Source: an uncultured delta proteobacterium
GTDB taxonomy: Bacteria > Myxococcota_A > Polyangia > Polyangiales > Polyangiaceae
NCBI GenBank assembly: GCA_963806225.1
Contig: CAWDXG010000004.1
Location: 4,192,001 to 4,256,000, forward strand
Length of the DNA stretch: 64,000 bases
Direction of reading: 5' to 3'
Made by a program: the position numbers and the translations under genes
Shown: one piece after another, positions 45,041 through 55,042 of the stretch
How positions within the stretch are numbered: the first letter of the stretch is position 1
Layout: every line of letters starts with the position of its first letter
Notes under the pieces: generated by a model
Seen by the model: the letters and a program-made list of their open reading frames with translations, nothing else
Databases searched by the model: none
What the model was told of the DNA's origin: nothing

Positions 45041-47404
45041 GTGCGGATCGATCCGGCGCTCGTCATGGCCGCCGCGCTGCTCGGCGGCGCCGCGTGTGCC
45101 GTCGCGCCGCTGCCGGCCGTCATGGCGGCGGCGGCGCTGGCGCTCCTGTTGCGTCCGCGGCTCGGTCCGGCGGCGCTGCTCGTCTCGGCCGCCGCGTTCG
45201 GGCTCGGCGCGTGGAGGGCGGAGCGCGCGGTGTCGCGCTTCGAGGCTCGGCGCGTCGAGGTGCGCGACGAGCTTGGCCCGCCCGCGCGCTGCGCGGGTCG
45301 CGGCGTGGTGGCCACCTCCCCGGTCTGGGCGCACGACGCCATCGGCTACCTTGCCGACTTCCGCGGGCTCGACTGCGAAGGGCGGAAGATCCCCGGCCCT
45401 GTCCGCGCGCGCCTCTACGGTGGTCCGCAGCATCTGGGCCGCGGCGACGTGGTGGAGATCGTCGCGCAGCTCGCGCCGGTGCGGCTCTTCCACGACCAGG
45501 GTCTGCCCGACCCCACGCCGCGCGCCGCGCGCCAGGGCTCGCTCCTGAGCGGCATGGTGCTCTCGCTTTCGGTGATCCACCGCGGTAGCGGCTGGCGCCG
45601 CATCATCGACACCGCTCGCGCGCACGCGCGCCGTCGCATCGACGCTACCTTCGCTCCGGCCGCCGCGCCCATGGCCCGCGCGTTGGTGCTCGGCGAAAAC
45701 GACCTGGATCCCCGCGACGACGAGGCGTTCAGGAAGAGCGGGCTCGCGCACATGCTGGCCGTCAGCGGCACCCACCTGGTGTTCGCGGTGGTGGCGCTGG
45801 TGGCGGTGTTCGGCTTCGTGTTGGTGCGCTTCGAGCGGCTCGCCGCGCGCATCGAAGTGGCGCGGCTGGCCGCCGCTGCCGGCGTGCTGCTGGCGCTCGT
45901 GTATGCGGACTTTGCCGGCGGCAGTGGCTCGGCCTGGCGGGCGGCGTGGATGCTCGCCGCGGCCTTCACGGCGCGCGCTCTGGGGCGGCGTGCGCGCGCG
46001 GGCCGCGTGCTGGCCGCGTCGCTCTTGATCGGCGCTCTTTCCGATCCGCTGGCCGCGTTCGACATCTCGTTCCTGCTCTCTGCTGCGGCGACCGTCGGGC
46101 TCATCGTCATCGGCCAGCCGCTCGCGGCGCGCTGCATGCGCCTGCAGTTCAAGCCGCTGCGCTACCTGGCGCTGAGCGCAGCAGCGACGAGCTCGGCCAT
46201 GCTGCCCTGCGCGCCGCTCCTGGCGCTCATCTCGCCGACGCTCACCGCAGCCGGCATCGCGGCCAATGTAGTGGCAGCGCCCTTCGGCGAGGCCGCGGCG
46301 CTGCCGCTGTGTCTCGCCCACGCCGTGCTCTCGCCCTTTCCCGTGCTCGAGCGCGGCACAGCGCTGGTCGCTTCCGGCGCGCTGCTGGTCGTCAAACGCG
46401 TGGCGCACCTGAGCGCCGACGCGCGCTGGCTCGCGTTCCACGTGCCGCCGCCCGACGCGTGGCAGCTCGCCGTGCTGGTCGTCGGCGGCGTCGCTGTGGC
46501 GCTCGGCGGGCGCTTCCGCGGACTGTGGGCGCTCTCCATGGCGGCCGCGCTTCTCGTCCTGGAGCTTGCGATTCGCCGCGCCGGCCGCCCGCTCGGCGAG
46601 CTGCGCGTCACGGCCGTCGACGTGGGGCAGGGCGACTGCACGCTGGTCGACCTGCCCGATGGCCAGCTGATGCTCGTCGACGGCGGAGGCTTCGTCGGCA
46701 GCCCGGTGGACCCCGGGAAGTCGGTGATCCTGCCGCTGCTCCGCGCGCGCCGCCGATCGCGCGTGGACATCGTCGTGCTCACGCACCCGCACCCCGATCA
46801 CTTCACGGGTCTGGCCAGCGCGCTGCCCGAGCTCGCCGTCGGGCAGTTCTGGGACGACGGGCAGGGTCAGGACGAGGGCGCGGGTGCGACCTACGCGGGG
46901 CTCGTCGCCGGGCTCCGGCGCCGGCGTGTGCCGATCCTGCGGCCGCCCCAGCTGTGCGGGCGCGTGCTGCACTTCGGCGGCGCCACGCTGCAACCGCTCG
47001 CGCCCTGTCCCGACTACACGCCCCACATCGGAGCCAACAACAACTCCATCGTGCTCCGCATCGCCTACGGCCGCCGCGCGGTGATGCTGATGGGCGACGC
47101 CGAGGCGCCCGAAGAAGCGAAGATCCTCGCGAAGCACCCCCGCGGCCTGCGCGCGGATCTGCTGAAGGTCGGCCACCACGGCAGCCGCACGTCGAGCACG
47201 CCCGCGTTGCTCCGCGCCGTCCGCCCCGCGCTCGCCAGCATCAGCTCGGGCGTGCGCAACCGCTACGGGCATCCGCACGGCGTCACCCTCGAGAAGCTCG
47301 CCGCCGCGCACATCCGCGCGCTCCGCCTCGACCGCGTCGGCTCCGTCACCTTCGAGACCGACGGCAGCACGCTCGGCGCCCGCACCTTCAGCGCGCCGCA
47401 CTGA
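45041..47404 (+). CDS. comEC: DNA uptake protein ComEC/Rec2
   Basis: GLAHMLAVSGTH, SFLLS, DVGQGD, THPHPDH, LKVGHHGS, NRYGHPH. Confidence 0.93.
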   Translation: MRIDPALVMAAALLGGAACAVAPLPAVMAAAALALLLRPRLGPAALLVSAAAFGLGAWRAERAVSRFEARRVEVRDELGPPARCAGRGVVATSPVWAHDAIGYLADFRGLDCEGRKIPGPVRARLYGGPQHLGRGDVVEIVAQLAPVRLFHDQGLPDPTPRAARQGSLLSGMVLSLSVIHRGSGWRRIIDTARAHARRRIDATFAPAAAPMARALVLGENDLDPRDDEAFRKSGLAHMLAVSGTHLVFAVVALVAVFGFVLVRFERLAARIEVARLAAAAGVLLALVYADFAGGSGSAWRAAWMLAAAFTARALGRRARAGRVLAASLLIGALSDPLAAFDISFLLSAAATVGLIVIGQPLAARCMRLQFKPLRYLALSAAATSSAMLPCAPLLALISPTLTAAGIAANVVAAPFGEAAALPLCLAHAVLSPFPVLERGTALVASGALLVVKRVAHLSADARWLAFHVPPPDAWQLAVLVVGGVAVALGGRFRGLWALSMAAALLVLELAIRRAGRPLGELRVTAVDVGQGDCTLVDLPDGQLMLVDGGGFVGSPVDPGKSVILPLLRARRRSRVDIVVLTHPHPDHFTGLASALPELAVGQFWDDGQGQDEGAGATYAGLVAGLRRRRVPILRPPQLCGRVLHFGGATLQPLAPCPDYTPHIGANNNSIVLRIAYGRRAVMLMGDAEAPEEAKILAKHPRGLRADLLKVGHHGSRTSSTPALLRAVRPALASISSGVRNRYGHPHGVTLEKLAAAHIRALRLDRVGSVTFETDGSTLGARTFSAPH

Positions 47405-47473
47405 GCGGCGTTTTCCGGCCACGGCGGCGCTCTGCATTGACCCCCGCCGCGCGCACCGCTACCGGCGTTCGCC

Positions 47474-48010
47474 ATGAACGCATCGCCCAAGGACCGGATC
47501 CGCACGCTCATCAGCTCCGAGCAGATCCAGCAGCGCGTCAAGGAACTCGGGGCGGAGATCACCCGCGATTACGACGGCCGCTCGCTAGTGCTGATCTGCG
47601 TGCTCAAGGGCAGCTTCGTGTTCGCGGCGGATCTGGCGCGCTCCATCGACCTGCCACTCCGGATCGAGTTTCTCGGCGTGCGGAGCTACGGCGACGACAC
47701 CGAGTCAAGCGGCGTCGTGCAGATCACGCAGGACCTGACCAAGCCCGTCGACGGCGAGGACATCCTGGTCGTCGAGGACATCGTCGACACAGGCCTGACG
47801 CTGCACTACCTCACCGACCTGCTCGAGGCGCGCCACCCCGCGAGCGTCAAGGTGTGCTCGCTCTTGCACAAGCCGAGCCGCAAGAAGATGGATGTGGGCA
47901 TCGACTACCTCGGCTTCACCGTCGAAGACGTGTTTGTCGTGGGCTACGGCCTGGACTGGGCCCAGCGCTACCGCAACCTGCCCATGATCGGCGTCGTCGA
48001 AGACGGCTGA
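47474..48010 (+). CDS. hpt: Hypoxanthine phosphoribosyltransferase
   Basis: [36 protein letters not shown]. Confidence 0.96.
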   Translation: MNASPKDRIRTLISSEQIQQRVKELGAEITRDYDGRSLVLICVLKGSFVFAADLARSIDLPLRIEFLGVRSYGDDTESSGVVQITQDLTKPVDGEDILVVEDIVDTGLTLHYLTDLLEARHPASVKVCSLLHKPSRKKMDVGIDYLGFTVEDVFVVGYGLDWAQRYRNLPMIGVVEDG

Positions 48011-48016
48011 GCCGGC

Positions 48017-49216
48017 ATGGCCCCGGCCGCACTCTACGCCCGCTACACAAGCGCCCTCGGCGACGAGCCACTGCCCTGTGCGCTCGTCGATCTCGACGCG
48101 TTGGACCGGAACATCGACTCGCTGCTCGAGCCGGTGCGCGCGCACCACAAGAAGCTACGCCTTGCGACCAAGTCGGTGCGCTGCCCGGAGCTCCTGCGCC
48201 ACATCACCGAGCGCGGCGGCGACGCCATCAGCGGGCTGATGACCTACCACGCGCGCGAGACCGCGTGGCTCTTCGAAGCCGGCTACCACGATTTGCTGCT
48301 CGCCTATCCGACCGTGCAGGCGTCCGATGCCGCGCTCCTGGCCGACATCAACGCGCGCGGCGGCAGTGCCGCGGTCGTCGTCGACTGCCCGCAGCATCTC
48401 GCCCTGCTCGACAAGGCCGCGCGCGCCAAGCAGACGCGCATCCCCATCGTCGTCGAGGTCGACGTGGCGTACCGCCCGCTCGGGGCGCGCTTGCACGTGG
48501 GCGTCCGCCGCAGCCCGCTCCGCCGCGTCGACGACGTGCAGGCGCTGGTGCGCCGCGCGGAGCTGCTCCCCGGGCTCGAGATGCGCGGGCTGATGGCGTA
48601 CGAGGCGCACATCGCCGGGCTCGGCGATTCGGCGCCCGGCGCGCGGCTTTCCAACGCCGCCACGCGGCTCATGAAGACGCGCGCCCGCGCGCAGGTCGAA
48701 CAGACGCGCCGCGAGCTCGCCGACGCGATCCGCCCCGCGCTCTTCAACGGCGGCGGCAGCGGCAGCCTCGATTGGTGCAGCGCCGAGAGCGCGCTCACCG
48801 AGGTGACCGCGGGCTCGGGCTTCCTCTGCAGTCACCTGTTCGACAACTACCGCTCGCTCCAGCTCGCTCCCGCCGCGTATTTCGCACTGTCCGTCGTGCG
48901 CGCGCCGGCAGACGGCATCGTGACGTGTCACGGCGGCGGGCTCGTCGCCTCGGGCGCGGCGGGCGCGGATAGGCTGCCCATCCCGGCGCTTCCCCCGGGG
49001 CTCGAGCTGCTCCCGCTGGAAGGCGCGGGCGAGGTGCAGACGCCGCTGTCCGTTCCCGAAGGCACGTCGCTCGCCGTGGGCGATGTCGTGTTCTTCCGCC
49101 ACGCCAAGGCGGGCGAGCTGGCCGAGCATTTCAACGAATATCTGCTGGTTCGCGGCGAGCGCGTGCTGGGCCGCGCCCAGACCTATCGCGGCATGCGGCA
49201 GTGTTTTCTCGGCTGA
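48017..49216 (+). CDS. Fold-type III PLP enzyme (alanine racemase / DSD1-like)
   Basis: VDLDALDRNI, LRLATKSVRC, GLMAYEAHIAG, NGGGSGS, EVTAGSG, FFRHAKAGEL. Confidence 0.85.
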   Translation: MAPAALYARYTSALGDEPLPCALVDLDALDRNIDSLLEPVRAHHKKLRLATKSVRCPELLRHITERGGDAISGLMTYHARETAWLFEAGYHDLLLAYPTVQASDAALLADINARGGSAAVVVDCPQHLALLDKAARAKQTRIPIVVEVDVAYRPLGARLHVGVRRSPLRRVDDVQALVRRAELLPGLEMRGLMAYEAHIAGLGDSAPGARLSNAATRLMKTRARAQVEQTRRELADAIRPALFNGGGSGSLDWCSAESALTEVTAGSGFLCSHLFDNYRSLQLAPAAYFALSVVRAPADGIVTCHGGGLVASGAAGADRLPIPALPPGLELLPLEGAGEVQTPLSVPEGTSLAVGDVVFFRHAKAGELAEHFNEYLLVRGERVLGRAQTYRGMRQCFLG

Positions 49217-49235
49217 GCGTGCTAGGAGCGCGGAC

Positions 49236-50045
49236 ATGCCCCGCCCCATCGATGTGATGACCGACGCCGCGCGCCAGGCCGCGGAGAGCCTGCGCCGCGA
49301 CTTCGGCGCGCTCGCCGGCCTGCGCGTGACGGAGAAGAAGCCCTCCGATTTCGTCAGCAGTGCCGACTTGCGTTCCGAAGCCGTGCTGCGCGAGGCGCTG
49401 TCTTCCGCCTACCCGGACCACGATCTGCTGCTGGAAGAGAGCGCTCCGAACGCCGAGCGCAGCGCCCGCCCGCGTTTCATTGTCGATCCGCTCGACGGCA
49501 CCACGAACTTCCTGCACGGCATCCCGCACTTTGCCGTCGCGATTGCGCTCGAGGTCGACGGAGCCGTGACGGCCGGCGTCGTCTACGACGTCGCCAAGGA
49601 CGAGATGTTCTCTGCGGAAGCCGGACAGGGCGCTCGCTTGAACGACGCGCCCATGAGCGTCTCCGCGCCCGGTCCGCTCGATCGCGCCGTGATCGCCACC
49701 GGCATCCCGCACCACGGTGGCCGTCACCACGCGCCGTACCTCGTGGCGCTCGAGCGCGTCATGCAACAGGTCGCCGGCATCCGCCGCTGGGGCTCCGCAG
49801 CGCTCGACTTGTGCTGGACGGCGGCGGGTCGCTACGACGCCTTCTTCGAGCTCGGCCTCGCACCGTGGGACGTCGCGGCAGGCATGCTGCTGGTGCGCGA
49901 GGCCGGCGGCAGCGTTTCGCGCGCCGATGGCAGCGACACGGCCCTCGACGCGCGCGACGTGCTCGTCTCCTCGGGCGGCGCGCTGCACGCCGAGATGGTG
50001 CGTCTCCTGGAACCGATTCACGGCGTTGCCGCCGGCCGCGTCTAG
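49236..50045 (+). CDS. Inositol monophosphatase family (SuhB-like)
   Basis: DFVSSAD, IVDPLDGTTNF, RRWGSAALDL, WDVAAG..VREAGG. Confidence 0.92.
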   Translation: MPRPIDVMTDAARQAAESLRRDFGALAGLRVTEKKPSDFVSSADLRSEAVLREALSSAYPDHDLLLEESAPNAERSARPRFIVDPLDGTTNFLHGIPHFAVAIALEVDGAVTAGVVYDVAKDEMFSAEAGQGARLNDAPMSVSAPGPLDRAVIATGIPHHGGRHHAPYLVALERVMQQVAGIRRWGSAALDLCWTAAGRYDAFFELGLAPWDVAAGMLLVREAGGSVSRADGSDTALDARDVLVSSGGALHAEMVRLLEPIHGVAAGRV

Positions 50046-50186
50046 ACCGAAGCCTCCACGCCGCATCCCCACGGCTGGAAGTCGAGGTCTTCCATGTTGA
50101 TGGCAAGACGCTCCACGGGCCCTCCTCGTGTGGACCCACGGAGCTCTACCAGCCCACGCTGACAGTATCGCGTCAGGAGTCGCGCG

Positions 50187-50804
50187 CTACAGGCCGCACT
50201 GGCTCTTGCAGTTCGTCTGCTCGCAGGTCAACAGGTCGCCTGCCTGCTTGTTCTTGCCCGCTGTGAACGCGGTGTTGCAGGTCGTGATGCCGGTACTGGC
50301 TGCCTGGTTGGCGCACACGCAGCCGTCCCACGCCGTCAGTTTGCCGTTACACTTGTTGTCGCTCGTGCACGCCGAGCTCTCGCTCGAGCAGTGATTCTGG
50401 ACGCACGTCGTGCACGCGCTCGAGTCGATAGCGCAGGCCAATCCGGCGTCGCCCGACGCTCCTGCTCCGCCGCCGGTGCCGCCGGTCGCCGTGCCGCCGG
50501 TGCCGCCGGTCGCCGTGCCGCCGGTTCCTCCGGTGGCCGTGCCGCCGGTTCCTCCGGTAGCCGTGCCGCCGGTTCCGCCGGTTGCCGTGCCACCGGTTCC
50601 GCCGGTTGCCGTGCCACCGGTTCCGCCGGTTGCCGTTCCGCCGGTTCCGCCGGTGCCCGATCCGCCGGTGCCTCCGGTGCTGCCGCCGTCAGTGCCCGCT
50701 GCTCCGCCCGAGCTGCCGGCGGGGCTGCTGTTGCTGGACCCGCATCCCGCTGCCACGCCAAGCGCAAGCCCTGTCAGGCCCAGAACAAGAAAGAAATTTC
50801 GCAT
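50187..50804 (-). CDS. Lipoprotein with seven GGTGGTAT repeats and a Cys-rich C-terminus
   Basis: Lipobox AAGC; 24-bp tandem units at ~50470-50655. Confidence 0.8.
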   Translation of the reverse strand: MRNFFLVLGLTGLALGVAAGCGSSNSSPAGSSGGAAGTDGGSTGGTGGSGTGGTGGTATGGTGGTATGGTGGTATGGTGGTATGGTGGTATGGTGGTATGGTGGTATGGTGGGAGASGDAGLACAIDSSACTTCVQNHCSSESSACTSDNKCNGKLTAWDGCVCANQAASTGITTCNTAFTAGKNKQAGDLLTCEQTNCKSQCGL

Positions 50805-51034
50805 CGTCGATCTCCAGAAAAATGGTCAAGGCGATAGCGCCGTTGGATGAGTGGGTGCCCGCCCCGTTCGTTATGGCCGTTCGCCACAGGCCGCCGGGCC
50901 GGGTACGCTGAAGGGTCCAGCTTGCCGGCACGGCGGAAAACACGACGCACCTCTGGAGCATTCCTGGGGGCTGCGGGGACGGGCGGGGCGCGCCTGCTGT
51001 GGTACCTGGTTGGGTGCGCCCGATCGGCACAAAG

Positions 51035-51072
51035 TGTAGCAAAATGTCACAAAGCCGTAGCGTTTTGCTACA
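51035..51072. promoter_or_regulatory. AT-rich tandem operator-like sites / inverted repeat
   Basis: TGTAGCAAAATGTCACA and CGTAGCGTTTTGCTACA start 21 bp apart; the outer 10 bp form a perfect inverted repeat. Confidence 0.45.
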
Positions 51073-51075
51073 AGT

Positions 51076-52440
51076 CTACGGCTTTTCGGGCTTTCCTGCT
51101 GCCCGGATGCGTTCGAGCCGCTCGCGGATCGACTTTTCCAGACCGTGATCCGTCGGCTCGTAGAAGCGCGTGCGGGCCAGCTCGTCGGGAAGGTACGTCT
51201 CGCCGGGGACGAAGCCCTCGTCGAAGTTGTGGGCGTACTGGTAGCCCTCGCCGTAGCCGGCTTCCTTCATCAGCTTCGTCGGCGCGTTGCGGAGCTTGTC
51301 CGGCACGGGCAGCGCGCCGCGCTTTGCGATGGCCGCACGCGCGGCGCTGAAGGCGCGGCCGACGCTGTTCGATTTCGGGCAGCTCGCCAGGTACAGGCAG
51401 GCGTGCGCGATGGGGTAGAGGCCCTCGGGCATGCCCATGCGGCGGAAGGCGGCGTCGGCGTTGACGGCGATGCCGAGCGCGCGCGGGTCGGCGTTGCCGA
51501 CGTCCTCGCTCGCGAAGATCATCAGGCGGCGCAGGATGAACAGCGGATCGTCGCCGGCTTCCAGCATGCGCATCAGCCAGTAGATGGCCGCGTCCGGATC
51601 GGAGCCGCGCATCGATTTGATGAGCGCGCTCACGACGTTGTAGTGCTCCTCGCCGCTCTTGTCGTAGAGCAGCGTGCGCTCCTCGCTGGCGCGCTCGACC
51701 AGGGCGAGATCGACGCGGCCGTCTCCTTCGATGAGCGAAACGGCGGTTTCCATCAGGCCCAAAGCGCGGCGTGCGTCGCCGCGGGCGGAGCGGGCGATGG
51801 CCTGGAGCGCGTCGTCGTCGGCTTCGAGCTGTCGCGCGCCGAGTCCGCGCTCGCTGTCGGAAAGCGCCCGGCGCAGCAGCGTGGCGAGATCGGTATCGGA
51901 GAGCGCTTCGAGCCGGAACACCTTGCAGCGCGAGAGCACAGCGGCGTTGACGGCGAAGGACGGATTTTCCGTGGTGGCGCCGATCAGCGTGACGGTGCCG
52001 TTCTCCAGGTGCGGAAGAAACGCGTCCTGCTGGCTCTTGTTGAAGCGGTGGATCTCGTCCACGAACAGAATCGTGCTCTTGCCCTGGTAGGCGCGGCGCT
52101 CCTTGGCGGCGGCGATGATCTCGCGCAGCTCGGCGACGCCGCCGAGCACGGCGCTGAAGGGCACGAACTCCGAGCGCGTGGCGTGCGAGACGACGTGGGC
52201 GAGCGTGGTCTTGCCGCTGCCGGGCGGGCCCCACAGGATCATCGAGGGGACGCGGTCGCCCTGGATTGACGAGGCCAACAGCTTGCCGGGGCCGAGCAGC
52301 GTGCTCTGGCCGACCACCTCGTCGAGCGAGCGCGGGCGCATGCGATCGGCGAGCGGCGCTGCGGGGCCGCCGAGCTTGCCCTGCCGCGCGGCGGCGGAGA
52401 GCAGCGTGGGTTGATCGGGGTGGGGCGCGCGGCGGGCCAT
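51076..52440 (-). CDS. rarA: Replication-associated recombination protein A
   Basis: PLADRMRP, WGPPGSGKTT, DEIHRFNKSQQD, GATTENP, KSMRGSDPDAA, SEDVGNADP. Confidence 0.95.
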   Translation of the reverse strand: MARRAPHPDQPTLLSAAARQGKLGGPAAPLADRMRPRSLDEVVGQSTLLGPGKLLASSIQGDRVPSMILWGPPGSGKTTLAHVVSHATRSEFVPFSAVLGGVAELREIIAAAKERRAYQGKSTILFVDEIHRFNKSQQDAFLPHLENGTVTLIGATTENPSFAVNAAVLSRCKVFRLEALSDTDLATLLRRALSDSERGLGARQLEADDDALQAIARSARGDARRALGLMETAVSLIEGDGRVDLALVERASEERTLLYDKSGEEHYNVVSALIKSMRGSDPDAAIYWLMRMLEAGDDPLFILRRLMIFASEDVGNADPRALGIAVNADAAFRRMGMPEGLYPIAHACLYLASCPKSNSVGRAFSAARAAIAKRGALPVPDKLRNAPTKLMKEAGYGEGYQYAHNFDEGFVPGETYLPDELARTRFYEPTDHGLEKSIRERLERIRAAGKPEKP

Positions 52441-52444
52441 GACG

Positions 52445-53167
52445 CTACTCTTTGCGCTCTCGTGCGCCGAAAATAGCGGTGCCGACGCGTACGATGGTGG
52501 AGCCGGCCATGACGGCGGGCTCGAGATCGTGCGTCATGCCGATGCTGAGCTCGGGCAGGCGCGCGACTCCGCCGTGGGCGTCGCGCAGGCGCACGAGCTC
52601 GTCGAAGAAGGGACGCGCGCCCGCTGGGTCGTCGGTGTGCGGCGGCACGGTCATCAGGCCGCGGAGGGCGAGCGCGGGCTCGGCGTCGAGGGCGTCGAGC
52701 ACGGTGCCGATCTCCTCCGGGGCGCAGCCGCTCTTCTGCGCCTCGCCGCCCACGTTCACTTCCACCAGGACCACGAGGCGCGCGTCGCCCGACCATCGGC
52801 GCGCTTCGGGCACGGGATGATCGGCGGCGCGGCGGCCGAGCTCGCGCGCTAGCTTTTCGGAGTGGACGGTGTGCACGGCGCTGGCGTGCTGCACGACGTG
52901 GCGGGCCTTGTTGCTCTGCAGGTGGCCGATCATGTGCCAGCGGATGTCCGGCAGATCGGCGAGGGCCTCGGCCTTGTCCGCGAGCTCCTGCACGTAGTTC
53001 TCGCCGAAGTCGCGCTGGCCGGCGGCGTACGCCTCGCGGATGAGCTCGGGGCTCTTGGTCTTGGACGCGGCGAGCAGCCGCACGCTGGAGGGATCGCGCC
53101 CCGCTTCCGTCGCCGCGCGGGCGACGCGCTCGCGCACCTGGGCGAGTCGCTCTGCCACCGTCTGCAT
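52445..53167 (-). CDS. yggS: PLP homeostasis protein YggS
   Basis: LLAASKT, FGENYVQE, WHMIGHLQSNK, LSIGMTHD, VRVGTAIFGAR. Confidence 0.95.
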   Translation of the reverse strand: MQTVAERLAQVRERVARAATEAGRDPSSVRLLAASKTKSPELIREAYAAGQRDFGENYVQELADKAEALADLPDIRWHMIGHLQSNKARHVVQHASAVHTVHSEKLARELGRRAADHPVPEARRWSGDARLVVLVEVNVGGEAQKSGCAPEEIGTVLDALDAEPALALRGLMTVPPHTDDPAGARPFFDELVRLRDAHGGVARLPELSIGMTHDLEPAVMAGSTIVRVGTAIFGARERKE

Positions 53168-53217
53168 GCGGCGGAGCCTACTACAAGGGGCCCCCGCCGG
53201 CTGGCGCGCGGACGGGT

Positions 53218-54447
53218 TCAGATGCCGTGGCGCGTGGAGCCGAGCAAGCGCCGGTAGACCTCGAGCGTGCCCTCGGCCATGCGCTCGAGGCTGAAGCCGG
53301 CGGCGCGTACGGTGCCGCGCCGGCTCAGGTCGCGGCGCTTCGAAGCACTCGAGGCGAGATCGACGACCGCCTGGGCAATCGCTTCCGGATCTTCCGGGTC
53401 GACCAGCAGCGCCGCGTTGCCGGCGATCTCCGCGGTGCTGGAGACGTTGCTCGTGATCACCGGACAGCCCGCGGCCATGGCTTCGACCACCGGGTAGCCG
53501 AAGCCTTCGGCCCGCGACACGAACAGCTGCGCCGTGGCGCCGCGATACAGCGCGGCAAGCTCGGCGTCGGGCACGTAGCCGAGCAGCAGTAGCGCGTTCT
53601 TCGCGCCCAGTCGGCGTGCGGTGCGCTCGACCTCGCGGCGCTCGTCCCTGTCGAGGCGCGCCGCCCAGGCGAGCACGACGTTGAGCCCGGGCGAGAGGCG
53701 CCGGGCGCGCTCCACTCCGGCGAGCATTCCCTCGTGGTTCTTTCGCCAGTCGGCGCCGCCGACGTAGAGCACGTAGTTCCTGTCGTCGAGGGCGTAGTGC
53801 GCTCGCACGGAGGCGTCGTGCTCGTCGGGCTCCGGCGACCAGCGCGACAGATCCACGCCGTTGTGCACGACCGTGATGCGTTCGGCGGGCACGCCCAGCA
53901 TGCTCACGAGGTCGTCCGCCGTCGTGCGGCTGACGGCGATGACGTGATCCGCCGAATGGTAGCGACGGTGATCGAGTCGCTCGCGTCCCACCCGGTAGCC
54001 GTCGCCGAGGTCGAGGTACTTGTCCGGAAAGCGCAGCGGGATCAGGTCGTGACAGGTCACCACGCGCGGGCAGGGAAGGCGGCCGAGAGGTGTGGCGTTG
54101 GGGTGTCCGCTGTGGACGAGATCGGGTTGCAGAGCCCGCACCGCGCGCGCAAGTGCCACGCGCGTGCGGTAGGCCCATGTCTTGTGCGCGTCGCGTCGCG
54201 CGCTACCGCGCGTCAAGCGCTCGATGGCGCTGCCGATGTCCTCGGTCACGTCGGCTTTGCCGGACCAGTACAGCCGCTCCAGGCCGAGCACGCGCAGGTC
54301 GTCGCTCCCGCGCGCCAGGGACGAGAGACCCCGGCCTAGATCGGCGACGTAGCGACCGATGCCACGCGTGCGCGTGTTGGTCGAGAGCACCGACAGATCG
54401 AGCAGAGCCGTGGGCAAGGGATCACTTTGCCGCGCTGGGCTTGGCAT
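53218..54447 (-). CDS. Glycosyltransferase family 4
   Basis: RGIGRY, VTCHDLIP, VVHNGVD, RKN, EGFGYPVVEAMAAGCPV. Start uncertain. Confidence 0.9.
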   Translation of the reverse strand: MPSPARQSDPLPTALLDLSVLSTNTRTRGIGRYVADLGRGLSSLARGSDDLRVLGLERLYWSGKADVTEDIGSAIERLTRGSARRDAHKTWAYRTRVALARAVRALQPDLVHSGHPNATPLGRLPCPRVVTCHDLIPLRFPDKYLDLGDGYRVGRERLDHRRYHSADHVIAVSRTTADDLVSMLGVPAERITVVHNGVDLSRWSPEPDEHDASVRAHYALDDRNYVLYVGGADWRKNHEGMLAGVERARRLSPGLNVVLAWAARLDRDERREVERTARRLGAKNALLLLGYVPDAELAALYRGATAQLFVSRAEGFGYPVVEAMAAGCPVITSNVSSTAEIAGNAALLVDPEDPEAIAQAVVDLASSASKRRDLSRRGTVRAAGFSLERMAEGTLEVYRRLLGSTRHGI

Positions 54448-55042
54448 GCCGCTTCTTGTGCGGCGAGGCCTGCGACGTGAGGTCCACGCCGCCTTCGGGC
54501 GGTTTGGGCGTCGGCATCGTGACCTTGGGAGCCGTATCGCCCTTCTGGATCTTCACCGGCGCGCCGCGCACGATCTGGCTCTTGCCGCCCGAAGCGTGCA
54601 GCTTGCCCTCGAAGCTGTCCGTCTTGCCCTCGCGCTTTGCGATGAGCATGCCCTTGAAGGCGCCCATGTCCTGTTCCACGGGTAGCAGGCGCACGCGCAG
54701 CGTGTCGCCGTCGAGCGTGCCGCGCACGGTCATGTCCCCGAGCGGTCCGGAGGCCTTGCCGGTGACGTGTCCGTCCTTGTCGATGTCGAGCGATAGCTTC
54801 CCGAAGCCGTGCGCTGTGCCGCCCTCGTCCTTCTTCCAGGCGATCTCGGGACCGATCATCGGGTCCATGTAGTGTTTGACCGAGGCATAGGTGCCCGACC
54901 AGTGACCGGGATACCAGGGGGGTGGCGGCTTCGGCGCCGCGCTCGCCGAGGCCGACGTCGCGGTGGGTCGCGGCGTTTCCTTCTTGTGATCGCAGCCGGC
55001 AAGAGCGAGGGCGAACAGGACAACCAATGCAGCGCGTCTCAT
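54422..55042 (-). CDS. Hypothetical lipoprotein
   Basis: MRRAALVVLFALALAGC; ATGA overlap with the upstream gene. Confidence 0.8.
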   Translation of the reverse strand: MRRAALVVLFALALAGCDHKKETPRPTATSASASAAPKPPPPWYPGHWSGTYASVKHYMDPMIGPEIAWKKDEGGTAHGFGKLSLDIDKDGHVTGKASGPLGDMTVRGTLDGDTLRVRLLPVEQDMGAFKGMLIAKREGKTDSFEGKLHASGGKSQIVRGAPVKIQKGDTAPKVTMPTPKPPEGGVDLTSQASPHKKRHAKPSAAK

